Positions 33,554 to 43,044 of a stretch of DNA of 64,000 nucleotides are shown here, piece by piece (the stretch's first letter is position 1; each line of letters starts with the position of its first letter). Below the pieces are notes generated by a model. That model saw only the letters and a list, made by a program, of their open reading frames with translations. It had not been told where the DNA came from and did not search any database. This stretch comes from Halobacteriales archaeon QS_1_68_20. GTDB taxonomy: Archaea > Halobacteriota > Halobacteria > Halobacteriales > PXRE01. The position numbers and the translations under genes were made by a program. The DNA lies in NCBI GenBank assembly GCA_003021085.1, contig PXRE01000026.1, positions 66,559 to 130,558 on the forward strand. The letters are read 5' to 3'.

Positions 33554-33817
33554 GCGCGACCCAACGCGATGGGGTCCAAAAAAGACCGGTGGCATCGGCG
33601 CGACGGTGTTCGAACGAACTCCCACGTGCGGACGACCACGGGGTCCCGGTGTCTCCCGACTATCGCTCGAACGTCGGCGATCACCGATTTCGTCGACACC
33701 GGCGGGGTGTCGCCGCGGATCGATCCACGCAGGCGTGAGTAGTTTTATGGTATTGGCCGTCTGACACGTGGTATCCCGGTCACAGCGCGGTGCGGTACAG
33801 TCCCGGGGCCGTCAGCC

Positions 33818-35410
33818 ATGTCCGAGTCACCACCCGACGATCCGACCGAGGATCGTACGTCCGACGCACTGAACAGACGGGAGGTGCTCCAGCTCACCGC
33901 GGCCGGTGGCGCCGCCGCGGTCGCGGGGTGCCAGACCGACGATTCGACGGATCCCGACGACGATAGTCCGACGGCGACGGCGACGCCGACCTCGACGCCA
34001 CCGCTAGGGGGAACGACCCCGATCTCACCGACGGGCCCGTCTCGGTGCGGGAACTCGCCCGACAGCTTGACTCCCGTCGCCCGCCGAACCGGTTGCGTGG
34101 GAACGGCCCACCGTGGTCCGACTGGCCCCAGGCGTCGGGCAAGGACATGGCTACCTTCCGCGGCCAGGAGTTCGTCCCCTATCCGGAGATCGCGGAGACA
34201 TACGCCTACGATCTCGGCATGATCAACCGGTTCGAACAGCCAGGCGGGGACGGTGTGGTCGTCGAGAAGACGACCCTCACCGAGAAGGGGATCCTGGAGT
34301 GCTACCGATTCGCGAATCCGAAGACGACGAGCGCCAGTCCCGACCCGTCCCGGTCGATCCGGGAGGTGATCGACCGTCACGAGGAGGGCATCACCCACCG
34401 GTGTCTCTGGATGAACACGAGGCTCGTCGGGACGTCGAGCGGCAACTTGTTTCGCGACAATAAGATCGGCGAGGTCCTCGGGGCGTCGGGCTACGACGTC
34501 CTCGGCTTCGCCGAGGTCGCCAAAGACAAATCCGCCGACGCAGTGCGTAAGAGCTACTCGAACACCTACGGCGATTCGAATCCGGATTCGAAGTACGGCC
34601 CTTCCCCCGGAGGGTACTGTTGCGGGCTGATGTCCATCGTGGGGGGACAAACACGGACGACGATCGATCGACTCCAGCGACACCGACTCGGATTACTACG
34701 ACGTGAACGTCGGCAGTGGCGAAAACGTGACGGACCCCAACGAGGGATGGCAGCGAGTCAAGGTCGACGTGGACCTGGACGGCGTTCCCGACGCCGCGTT
34801 CGACCTGTTTCTGACCCACCTGGACGCCACCACCAAGCTGAAAGGCAAGAAGAGGCGCGACAAGGACCGCACGCGACGGCGCAAGCAAATCGACAAACTC
34901 GTCGACCGGATCGAAGCGCGACAGAACGCCGAGGGGGCGTTGCCGAAGGTGGTGATGGGGGACATGAACATCTGGTCGACCAAGTTGTTCGAGAACGACG
35001 ATCTTGCTGCCTACGAGACGCTCCTGCGGCAGATGGACTCCGTGGGGATGCAGTCGGCCTGGGAGACCTACGGCGGCCCGGCGAACGGCAAGAACGAATG
35101 TGAGGTCCTCGACCGCACGCCACGACTCGACGGGCACCAGGACTGTCGGGCCACCTGTCACTGCGACCCGTTCCACGAGGGCGATGTCGGTGATGGCTGG
35201 CTCGATTACGTGTTCATCGAGGCGCCACGCGACCATCACGCGATCAATCTGGACATCTCCCGGATGTGGCAAGTCCCGACGAACGTGAAGGAGTGCGACT
35301 GCCTCGCCGACAGGGTGGCCCAGAACAAGATGAACAAGACCGTCGACGACGGTCCGTACCTCACCGACCACGCCGGCCTGGGCTTCGAACTGCTGACGTC
35401 GCCGAAGTGA
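33818..35410 (+). pseudogene. Tat-lipoprotein endonuclease/exonuclease/phosphatase (EEP) family hydrolase, two frameshifts at poly-G runs
   Basis: Tat plus lipobox signal NRREVLQLTAAGGAAAVAGC. The frame changes at G5 (34017-34021) and G6 (34641-34646). The C-terminal part ends ..DGPYLTDHAGLGFEL, an EEP-type C-terminal SDH-like motif. Confidence 0.7.
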
Positions 35411-35532
35411 GCTACGTCCCGCAGGAGGCCACTACCGAGAGCCCCACCCTCTCCCGGTTCGCCCGTCCCTGTCGGCGACCCAATGTTTTACATCGCTGGG
35501 CGGCCCCACCACGTCTAACGGACGGTCGACAG

Positions 35533-35727
35533 ATGAAACTCGAGATCGAAATCCCGGACAAGTACGGCGACAAGCTATCGGACCTCGAAGAGGTCGAACC
35601 CACCATCCGCGACCAGATCGAAGTGGAGGTACTCCCGGAGGTCCTCCGGATCATCAACGACGGCCACCGCCAGCTCCAGGAGAACGCCGACCAGTTCGCG
35701 CCCGACGTGGGCGAACGCGAGAACTGA
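35533..35727 (+). CDS. small acidic hypothetical protein (64 aa)
   Basis: MKLEIEIPDKYGDKLSDLEEVEPTIRDQIEVEVLPEVLRIINDGHRQLQENADQF... The internal ATG of track ORF 35266..35727 is taken as the start. Confidence 0.5.
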   Translation: MKLEIEIPDKYGDKLSDLEEVEPTIRDQIEVEVLPEVLRIINDGHRQLQENADQFAPDVGEREN

Positions 35728-35815
35728 GTCCTGTTACCCTCTACCGAGGTCACGGTGGGAGCCGGTTCCTCGTGCTCGCCGTGAGTCTGCCTTGATTCGG
35801 GTCCTTCGTGGCGGA

Positions 35816-36757
35816 TCAGCGTCGCAGACGGACGACGGTGGTCTCGGTCCGTTCTTCCAGCTCGACTAACCCGTCGTCGGCCAGGTCGGCCGCCAGCCCC
35901 CGCAACCAGTCCCGGCCGTACTCGCCGTCGGGCGTATAGTCCACTCGCACGCGCGGGCCGAGGTCGTCCAGCGCCAGTTCGTCGTCCTCCTTCAGCGCCC
36001 GGACGACCCGCCCGCGCATCTGCCGGCGACTCCCCTCGAACTCCGGCTGGGTCGGCACGTCGGGCGCGGTAAAGTCGCCGCTCTCGTAGGCGGAACACCA
36101 CTCCCGCCAGGGACACCCCGCCGAGTCGCACTTGGGGGACTGCTCGCAGGCTACCCCACCGAGTTCCATGATGGCGTTGTTCCAGACCCGCGACTCCCCC
36201 TCTGGCATCAGCGCGGCCGCGACTGCCTCGAAGGCCGCGTCGTCGTCCGGCACGTCGAACGCGCGGTAGAGCACCCGCTTGACGTTCGTGTCGACCACCG
36301 CGTCGCCGTCGTTGAACGCGAACGAGGCCACCGCGTTGGCGGTGTAGGGGCCGACGCCCATCAGTTCCTCCAGGCCGTCCGGCGTCTGGGGGAACTCGCC
36401 GTCCGCTTCGGCGGTTTCACCGCCTCCGCGAGGTCGGTCCGGAGGACCGACCTCGAGGTACTTCGCGCGGTTGTTGTAGCCCAGGCGGTGGTCCGTCCAG
36501 AACCCCACCACGTCCGCGCGGTCGGCGGCCGCGAGGTCCTCGACGGTCGGCCACCGGTCGAGGAACGCCTCCCAGGCCTCGACGACCCTGCCGAGCTGGG
36601 TCTGCTGGCTCATCACCTCAGAGACGAGAATCTCGTAGGGGTCGTCGGTCCGCCGCCAGGGGAACTCGCGGTGGTCGTCCTCGTACCACGCGACCAGCGC
36701 CTCCCGGACCGCCTCGACGTCGCCGGGCAGGTACTCCGCCGGTTCGGCGTCGGCCAT
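35816..36757 (-). CDS. mutY: A/G-specific adenine glycosylase (MutY-like, HhH-GPD with 4Fe-4S cluster)
   Basis: FPWRRTDDPYEILVSEVMSQQTQ..., HhH region GVGPYTANAV, and Cys cluster CEQSPKCDSAGCPWREWC. ATG at 36757. Confidence 0.8.
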   Translation of the reverse strand: MADAEPAEYLPGDVEAVREALVAWYEDDHREFPWRRTDDPYEILVSEVMSQQTQLGRVVEAWEAFLDRWPTVEDLAAADRADVVGFWTDHRLGYNNRAKYLEVGPPDRPRGGGETAEADGEFPQTPDGLEELMGVGPYTANAVASFAFNDGDAVVDTNVKRVLYRAFDVPDDDAAFEAVAAALMPEGESRVWNNAIMELGGVACEQSPKCDSAGCPWREWCSAYESGDFTAPDVPTQPEFEGSRRQMRGRVVRALKEDDELALDDLGPRVRVDYTPDGEYGRDWLRGLAADLADDGLVELEERTETTVVRLRR

Positions 36758-36875
36758 CGCGGCGGGGTTGTGCGCCGGGCGGCTTACCTCTGGCGGTTGC
36801 AGGGAACCCGTGGAGTCGACTCCCGGGCAGTGGGGACTCGTAACGGGTTTCCGGCTCCCACGCAAACGAGGGGGC

Positions 36876-37217
36876 ATGACCCTCGACGACCTCACCGACG
36901 ACGTGACCGACGCCTACGGTGACCTGGGCGAGGAACTGACGGTCGACCTCGACCGCGAGACGAGGAACGAACTGGCGATGCTGGTCGCCGCCATGGAACC
37001 GGACGACCCGGAGGAACTGCTCCGGCGGGGCGTCCACATGCTGTTCCAGACCGCCGTCGAGACCGGCACCATGGACTTCCACCTCCGGAACGCCTACGAC
37101 GTCACCTACGACGAGTACCTCTCGGGGATGACCTACGACGAGATGACAGGTGGCGGCGAGTTCACCGGGACGGGCACCGGCGCCGCGACGGACGACGACC
37201 GCCGGTACCAGTTCTGA
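36876..37217 (+). CDS. acidic hypothetical protein (113 aa)
   Basis: MTLDDLTDDVTDAYGDLGEELTVDLDRETRNELAMLVAAMEPDDPEELLRRGVHMLFQ... is divergent from mutY. No motif recognised. Confidence 0.55.
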   Translation: MTLDDLTDDVTDAYGDLGEELTVDLDRETRNELAMLVAAMEPDDPEELLRRGVHMLFQTAVETGTMDFHLRNAYDVTYDEYLSGMTYDEMTGGGEFTGTGTGAATDDDRRYQF

Positions 37218-37259
37218 GGGGTCGGCGCCGAGCGTCGACGGCCGCCCTGGTTTACCGAC

Positions 37260-38591
37260 TCACTCGACGCTCCGGACCGCCTCGACCAGCAAACTGGCAC
37301 CGATGTCGATCTCCCGCTCGGTGACGTCCATCGGCGGGAGCAACCGCAGGGTCTTGTACCCACACCCCAGCGTCAGCAGGCCGCGCTCCAGGCAGGCCTC
37401 GATGACCGCCTCGCGGCGGTCCTTCGTGTCGAACTCGACGGCGAACATCAGGCCGCGCCCGCGCACGTCGACGACGGAGTCGAGGTCGGCGTCGGTGACG
37501 TGTTCGCGGAGTTGTCGTCCACGGGCGACGGCGTCGTCCATTAGGTCGTGTTCCTCGATGGCGTCGAGGGTGAGCGCACCGTACATCGAGTCCAGCACCG
37601 CGCCGGCGCCCCACGTCGAGGAGATGCGGCCCTTCTCGTCGGGGAACAGGTCCTGGCTGGCGATGGTGGCACCCACGCGCAAGCCCTTCGCGGCGGAGAT
37701 GACGTCCGGTTCGACGGGCGTGTGGTCGACGGCCCACATCTCGCCGGTGCGGCCCAGGCCCGCCTGGATCTCGTCGGCCACGACGTGGACGTCGTACTCG
37801 TCCTGGATGGCCGCTATGTCCCGGACGAACTCGTCGCTGGGGGTCCGGTAGCCGCCCTCGCCCTGGATGGGTTCGAGGATCAGGTAGGCGATCTCGTCGG
37901 GGTCGATCACGCCCTGGTCGGGGTGGAGTCTGTCCTCGATGGCGTTGCCGCCGGGGCCGTCGGTCTTCCAGCCGCAGGTGCACTCGCCCGCACAGGAGCA
38001 GTAGGGGACGCTCACGACGCCCGGAACCTCGGGGTAGCCCTTCCGGTGGACGGTCTTGCTCCGGTTCAGCGACAGCACCCCGAGGGTCCGGCCGTGGAAG
38101 GCGCCGTCGAAGGTGAACGCGCGGTGGCCGCCGTCGGCGTAGCAGATCTTGATCCCGTTCTCGACGGCTTCGGCACCCGAGTTCGACAGGAAGACCCGGT
38201 CCATCCCGTAGTGACTGGTCAGTTCCGTGAGCCGGTCCATCAGGTGCGCCGGGCCCGGGAGGTCGGGGTCGGCAGCGGTGCCGCCGGTGCCGACGTAGAA
38301 GTCCTGGCCGGCGATCTTCAGGGGGTCGACGAGGTCGAACTCGCGTGCCCGTTCCATGATCTTGGGGTTGTTGTACCCCAGCGGCGCGGCGGCGACGTGA
38401 CTCGTGAAATCCAGCAGGACGTTGTCGTCGACGTCGGTGCAAAAGGGCCCCTCGGCCTCCCCGGTCAGGTCCCACACGAAGTCGTAGACGTAGGTACTCC
38501 TCGCGGCTCGGTTCCCGTGGTACTCGGCCCACTCTCGGGCGCGGTCGCCTGGCATCGACCGCACCGAGGGCTCAACCGTGTCCCGGTCCAT
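37260..38591 (-). CDS. class-III pyridoxal-phosphate aminotransferase
   Basis: SNSGAEAVENGIK..., DEIQAGLGRTG, and AAKGL (PLP lysine context). 443 aa. Confidence 0.9.
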   Translation of the reverse strand: MDRDTVEPSVRSMPGDRAREWAEYHGNRAARSTYVYDFVWDLTGEAEGPFCTDVDDNVLLDFTSHVAAAPLGYNNPKIMERAREFDLVDPLKIAGQDFYVGTGGTAADPDLPGPAHLMDRLTELTSHYGMDRVFLSNSGAEAVENGIKICYADGGHRAFTFDGAFHGRTLGVLSLNRSKTVHRKGYPEVPGVVSVPYCSCAGECTCGWKTDGPGGNAIEDRLHPDQGVIDPDEIAYLILEPIQGEGGYRTPSDEFVRDIAAIQDEYDVHVVADEIQAGLGRTGEMWAVDHTPVEPDVISAAKGLRVGATIASQDLFPDEKGRISSTWGAGAVLDSMYGALTLDAIEEHDLMDDAVARGRQLREHVTDADLDSVVDVRGRGLMFAVEFDTKDRREAVIEACLERGLLTLGCGYKTLRLLPPMDVTEREIDIGASLLVEAVRSVE

Positions 38592-38646
38592 GGACCGGCG
38601 TACGACGACCCCTATGATAAGGAATTCGTTATGACTGCGGCGAGTT

Positions 38647-39924
38647 TTACAGGAGCAAGACCGCCGTCGGTGCCGCGGCGACGCCCAGCAACACGGCGCT
38701 CCAGACGAGGACCCGTCGGGAGAACTCCTGGTTGGACGACGTGCCCGACAGCACCGCCTTCACCGCGATGCTCGCCCCGGTCGCCACCATCACGGTCACG
38801 ACCGCCACCTCGGGCGTGATGGCGCCGTCGCGGTAGAGGACGACGGCCGACGTGGTCGCGCCGGCGCTGGAGACCAGTCCGGCCAGCGCGGCGGTGATGT
38901 ACAGGCCCGTCTCGCCGACCCCGGCCTGGGCGAACCCGCCGGCGAGCACGATCACCAGGAAGACGGCACCGAACCCGAGGGCGTTCTGCATCGAGAACGG
39001 ACTCTCCAGGTCCATGTCGACGTTCTCGCGCCAGTCGGCGGTCACGGCCGCGATGGCGATGCTGGCGAGGACGACGGCGACCAGCGGCATGACGACGTCC
39101 CAGAGCACTTCCTGGGAGGCAGTGAACAGCACTGCGATGGCGAGGTTGCGAACCGCCATGGCGGCGTCGGCCAGCAGGATGGCCGCGACCGCGTAGGAGG
39201 CGGCCTTCGGGCGCTGGGCGACGTGGTCCAGCATCGTTCCGACGACGGCCGTTGAGGACGCCAGCCCCCCGAAGAAGCCGGTGGCGGCGATGCCGCGTCC
39301 CCCGTAGGTCGTGACCACCGCGTAGTTGACGATGCCGACGCCCGCCACGAAGACGACCATCAGCCAGACGACCTGCGGTTCGACGGTCAGCGACCATTCG
39401 CCCAGCGAGAGGTCGTACTTCGCCGGCAACAGCGGGTAGATGACGAACGCCAGGATGGCGAACTCCGCCGCCGACCGCAACTCGTTGCGGCTCAATCCCC
39501 AGGCGAAACTGTGGAGTTCCCGCTTGAGCACGAGCAACAGCGACGACAGCACCGCGACGGTCACGCCCTCCAGTATCTGTCCCGCGGCGACGAGCACGCC
39601 GACCCCGTAGGTGACGAGCATCGACACCGACGTGGTCAGGCGCAGTCCTTCTTCTTCTTCCTCCTCCGCCAGCAGTCCCTGGACGGCCAGCAACACCCCC
39701 TGGACGATGACGAGCAGGCCACCGATGACCAGCAGCGACTCCACCTCCAGTAGCGTGAACACGGCCCCGAGCAGGCTGACGAGCGCGAACGTCCGGATGC
39801 CCGCCGACTTGTGTGACCACTCCCGCTCCAGGCCGAGGAACATCCCCAGTGCGGCCGCCAGTCCGAGACGGAGCACTGGTGACTCGAGCAACGGCCCGGA
39901 CGACGTCTGCGCGACCTCGTACAC
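38647..39924 (-). CDS. MgtC/SapB family plus DUF4010-type integral membrane protein
   Basis: LRLGLAAALGMFLGLEREWSHKSAGIRTFALVSLLGA (MgtC signature), followed by many TM helices. The start is uncertain (GTG at 39924 proposed); the track ORF to 40410 is a basic spurious extension. Confidence 0.75.
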   Translation of the reverse strand: MYEVAQTSSGPLLESPVLRLGLAAALGMFLGLEREWSHKSAGIRTFALVSLLGAVFTLLEVESLLVIGGLLVIVQGVLLAVQGLLAEEEEEEGLRLTTSVSMLVTYGVGVLVAAGQILEGVTVAVLSSLLLVLKRELHSFAWGLSRNELRSAAEFAILAFVIYPLLPAKYDLSLGEWSLTVEPQVVWLMVVFVAGVGIVNYAVVTTYGGRGIAATGFFGGLASSTAVVGTMLDHVAQRPKAASYAVAAILLADAAMAVRNLAIAVLFTASQEVLWDVVMPLVAVVLASIAIAAVTADWRENVDMDLESPFSMQNALGFGAVFLVIVLAGGFAQAGVGETGLYITAALAGLVSSAGATTSAVVLYRDGAITPEVAVVTVMVATGASIAVKAVLSGTSSNQEFSRRVLVWSAVLLGVAAAPTAVLLL

Positions 39925-40046
39925 CCACGGTCCTTCGGGCCTCCCGGTCTTAAAAACAACGTCGTCCGTTCGGTCGGTTTGACGGTCGGGCCGGTCCCCG
40001 TATCTGCCGCGACGGTTTTTTACAGCCCCGCCGCGGGGGTTCGGAC

Positions 40047-41096
40047 ATGGGAGAACGGCTAGGCTCGCGCCGTTCGCGGGCGGCGTGGTGGACGTTCGGC
40101 GCCGTCCTCGGACTCGTGGTGCTGTTCGTCGTGTTCGAGTTCCTGGGGACGTTCGTCTTCGGGGTATTCCTGTACTACGCGACCCGGCCGGTCGCGGAAC
40201 TCCGGGACCTCTCGGAGACGGTCGACCTGGGGCCGCTGGCGGACCTCGTCGGGGAGTACCCGGACCTTTCGGGCATCGCCGCCAGCCCCGGGGAGCTGAT
40301 ACAGAACGGCGGCGCGGACGTCGTCCTGGGCATCGCGAGTTCTGCGACGGGTTTCCTGGGCCTGTTCGGCCTGTTCGCGCTGCACCTGTTCGTGATGTTC
40401 GCGGTCGCATTCTACCTGCTCCGGGACGACCACCGCCTCTCGTCGTGGATCGGGACGAACCTCAGCGACGACCCCGGCGTCCTCGACGCCTACCTCGACG
40501 CCGTCGACGAGGACCTCCACAGCATCTTCTTCGGGAACATCCTCAACGCCGCCATCACGGGAACCATCGGCGCGATCACGTACAGTCTTCTCAACCTGTT
40601 CGCTTCGCCCGGCCTGTCGGTTCCGTACGCCGTGCTGGTCGGCCTGCTGACGGGCGTCGCCAGCCTGATCCCCATCGTCGGCATGAAACTGGTGTACGTT
40701 CCCGTGAGCGTGTACCTGTTCGCGCGACTCATCCCGGACCTGGTCCTGCGGCCCTACATCTCCGGGCGGAACCTCCACGTCGGCATGGTGATGATGGCGT
40801 ACGTGCTCGGGCCCCTGCTGTTCGGGTGGTACGGCATCTTCCTCGCGCCGCTGTTGCTGGTGCTGGCGTTCCACTTCGCCCGGATCATCTTGCCGGAACT
40901 CGTGGCCGGCGACCCGATCACGCCGGGCGTGACCGGCAGACCGACGGTAGAGGCCGGCCCCGACGGACCGGCCGGTGCGACGGTCGCCGACGCCGGCACC
41001 GGGGAGCCAGCGGACGGCACCACGACCGACGGCGGGGGCGACGACCCGGCGAACGAGGACGGCGAATCGGCCGAGGACGCCAGCGACGGTGAGTGA
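40047..41096 (+). CDS. AI-2E (PerM/UPF0118) family transporter with acidic C-terminal tail
   Basis: LHLFVMFAVAFYLLRDDHRL..., IPIVGMKLVYVPV and PDLVLRPYISGRNLHVG...LFGWYGIFLAPLLL are family-typical. Confidence 0.75.
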   Translation: MGERLGSRRSRAAWWTFGAVLGLVVLFVVFEFLGTFVFGVFLYYATRPVAELRDLSETVDLGPLADLVGEYPDLSGIAASPGELIQNGGADVVLGIASSATGFLGLFGLFALHLFVMFAVAFYLLRDDHRLSSWIGTNLSDDPGVLDAYLDAVDEDLHSIFFGNILNAAITGTIGAITYSLLNLFASPGLSVPYAVLVGLLTGVASLIPIVGMKLVYVPVSVYLFARLIPDLVLRPYISGRNLHVGMVMMAYVLGPLLFGWYGIFLAPLLLVLAFHFARIILPELVAGDPITPGVTGRPTVEAGPDGPAGATVADAGTGEPADGTTTDGGGDDPANEDGESAEDASDGE

Positions 41097-41161
41097 GCGG
41101 GCACGGACCAGTAGCTGACCGGAGGCCCACGGGAGTAGCTACGGGGCGGCTGATCTGGCGA

Positions 41162-41437
41162 CTACGCGTCGACGTACTGGCCTTCCCAGTCGCGGCGAGC
41201 GTTGATCTCGCGGTCTCCACGCCGGGTCAGCGTGTAGTAGTTGGTCCGGCGGTCACGCTGGCCTTTCTCGACCAGCCCCTTGTCGACGAGCGTATCCAGG
41301 TTCGGGTACAGACGACCGTGATGAATCTCTTTCTCGTAATAATCCTCCAACTCTTCCTTGATCGCAAGACCGTGGGGTTCCTCCTTACCAGCGATGACGT
41401 ATAGCAAGTCTCGCTGAAATCCTGTCAAGTCGTACAT
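41162..41437 (-). CDS. PadR-family transcriptional regulator (91 aa)
   Basis: MYDLTGFQRDLLYVIAGKEEPHGLAIKEELEDYYEKEIHHGRLYPNLDTLVDKGLVEKGQRDRRTNYYTLT matches the PadR wHTH pattern. ATG at 41437. Confidence 0.85.
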   Translation of the reverse strand: MYDLTGFQRDLLYVIAGKEEPHGLAIKEELEDYYEKEIHHGRLYPNLDTLVDKGLVEKGQRDRRTNYYTLTRRGDREINARRDWEGQYVDA

Positions 41438-41804
41438 TGGGAACGTCCACGGAATACTTTGTGTCGGCTCGAAATAAATTTGATGGAACGATCTTGCGAT
41501 CCTGGCGCAAAACGCCACCGGACGTGGCGATATCGAGATATACGAATTGGTAATCAGATTGGTATTCGACGACACCGGGTCCATTCATTCTACATTCATA
41601 TATTTTTTCGTATGAACGTTCATGCTCTATCAACCGAATTAACACCGATTCGAAGCGGTCGCCCGTTACCCGGATCCATCCGCTGAACCGTTTCGCTCGA
41701 CGGTGGTACCCGACGCTGTAGTGGCCTGGCCGGCGCCGCTCCGGCTGTTCCAGTCCGTGGACGGTGTAGGTGATGCCGCTGGTCGTAGTCGTCAGGTACG
41801 CCAC
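41385..41804 (-). CDS. hypothetical protein (139 aa) in a low-GC segment
   Basis: Track ORF MAYLTTTTSGITYTVHGLEQPERRRPGHYSVGYHRRAKRFSGWIRVTGDRFESVLIRLIEHERSYEKIYE... Its composition is atypical (basic, lower GC) and it overlaps the PadR start by ~50 nt. Confidence 0.3.
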   Translation of the reverse strand: MAYLTTTTSGITYTVHGLEQPERRRPGHYSVGYHRRAKRFSGWIRVTGDRFESVLIRLIEHERSYEKIYECRMNGPGVVEYQSDYQFVYLDIATSGGVLRQDRKIVPSNLFRADTKYSVDVPNVRLDRISARLAIRHRW

Positions 41805-41870
41805 ACACTGCTGGGCGAAGTACCGATCACGTGGAGACGTGGCGACCGCTCACGGGTCGATGCCAAAAGG

Positions 41871-41973
41871 AAGCGATGATACGCGGGAAGATCCCGCGTA
41901 ATCGCTTGCCGCCCTGATTTGGTCCCCGCTGACGCTTCGGCCCTCCAAGCGAAGCGTCACCTGAATAGTCAGG
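41871..41973 (-). other. three consecutive stem-loops (possible 3' UTR/terminator structure or small RNA)
   Basis: AAGCGAT..ACGCGGGA-aga-TCCCGCGT.ATCGCTT (41871-41907), GACGCTTCG-10 nt-CGAAGCGTC (41931-41958), and CCTGA-atag-TCAGG (41960-41973). Confidence 0.3.
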
Positions 41974-42048
41974 AGGAAGGAACTTAATAGTTTCGGCAGT
42001 CGGCGGTGGAGCGGGTCGGCCGGACCGCGAACGACCCTGGCGGCCGGT

Positions 42049-42195
42049 CTAGATGTACTCCTCTTCGAGGACCCAGCCGAGTGCTCGCTTGTAGTAGGTG
42101 AACATCTGTCGGACGCCCTCGTGGCGCATCTCGTCGCTTTCCAGTTGCTCTGCGAGGAACTCGTACTGCTCGCGGATCTCCTCCTCCGATCGCAT
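42049..42195 (-). CDS. small acidic protein (48 aa), not in the ORF track
   Basis: My translation gives MRSEEEIREQYEFLAEQLESDEMRHEGVRQMFTYYKRALGWVLEEEYI, with a clean ATG and TAG and helical, acidic composition. Confidence 0.4.
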   Translation of the reverse strand: MRSEEEIREQYEFLAEQLESDEMRHEGVRQMFTYYKRALGWVLEEEYI

Positions 42196-42299
42196 GGGGC
42201 CGACTACGGACGCCCCACCCAAAAGGGCACTCCCGCGCGTGGCGACAGGAAGTGGCCTGTCGTCGACACCCGGGACGTTCGCCGCCGTCGCCGACGTAC

Positions 42300-42730
42300 T
42301 CAGTCACCCGTGGCGGCCACCTCCTCCGCGTCGGTGGGGGTCGATTCGCCCTCGTCGGGGGTCGCCTTCCGGACGGTGAGCGGTTGCCGGGAGACGAGTT
42401 CGCACTCGAACGCCGGGTGCTCGGCGAAGTGACGCACGAGCATGTGTCGTCGGCCGCCCGTGAGTCCGGAGCGGCCGACGTCCTCGGCGGTGAACTCCCC
42501 GGGGAGGCGGTCGAACAACCGCCGGAGGTGCTCGAAGCTCTCGAACACCTTGCGGTGACCCGAGGAGTTCGCCCCCCGGCGGGAGACGACGTACGAACCG
42601 TCCTCGTCGACGACGGGCGGCGTCCGCTCTGCTCACCGTGTGTGTCTCGCCGTCGAGGTGGAACACTACGTCGCGTCCGTCGCTGGTCGCCGTGACCCGG
42701 TCGTCACTGCCGGAGAATTTCTCGACCAGG
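42300..42730 (-). pseudogene. hypothetical gene disrupted by 1-2 single-nt indels
   Basis: The sensible sequence changes frame: (MT)GVPTLLVEKFSGSDDRVTATSDGRDVVFHLDGETHTVS / RTPPVVDEDGSYVVSRRGANSSGHRKVFESFEHLRRLFDRLPGEFTAEDVGRSGLTGGRRHMLVRHFAEHPAFECELV... The ATG at ~42720 is out of frame with the body. Confidence 0.35.
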
Positions 42731-43044
42731 AGCGTGGGAACTCCGTGTCATGCGTCCGCATCTCGGTCGGCTTCCTAATTAAAACCTTGTGGTCGTACAG
42801 ACTGGCAGTCCCGTCCCCCGACCGGGGCCGCACCGACGGCCTCGTCGAGGGTCGCTCGCTCCGTCGGTCCAGGGACCGCCAGTGCGCCGGCGCCGTCGGT
42901 ACGACCCAAAACGTAATGTCAGTGGCCCGTCTCTACAGACGATCACGTGACCTTCGACACGACCGCCGTGGACAGTCTGCGACGACCCGGGACCCGTCGG
43001 CCGTCCGGACCGCCGGTGGACGACGGACGCCGCCCCACCGACCG

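Noticed and set aside
41871-41925. Box C/D sRNA candidate (GAUGAUA ... CUGA)
   Set aside because: Box C does not match RUGAUGA. No C'/D' pair and no terminal stem in the right register could be found. The region is kept only as a generic stem-loop cluster.
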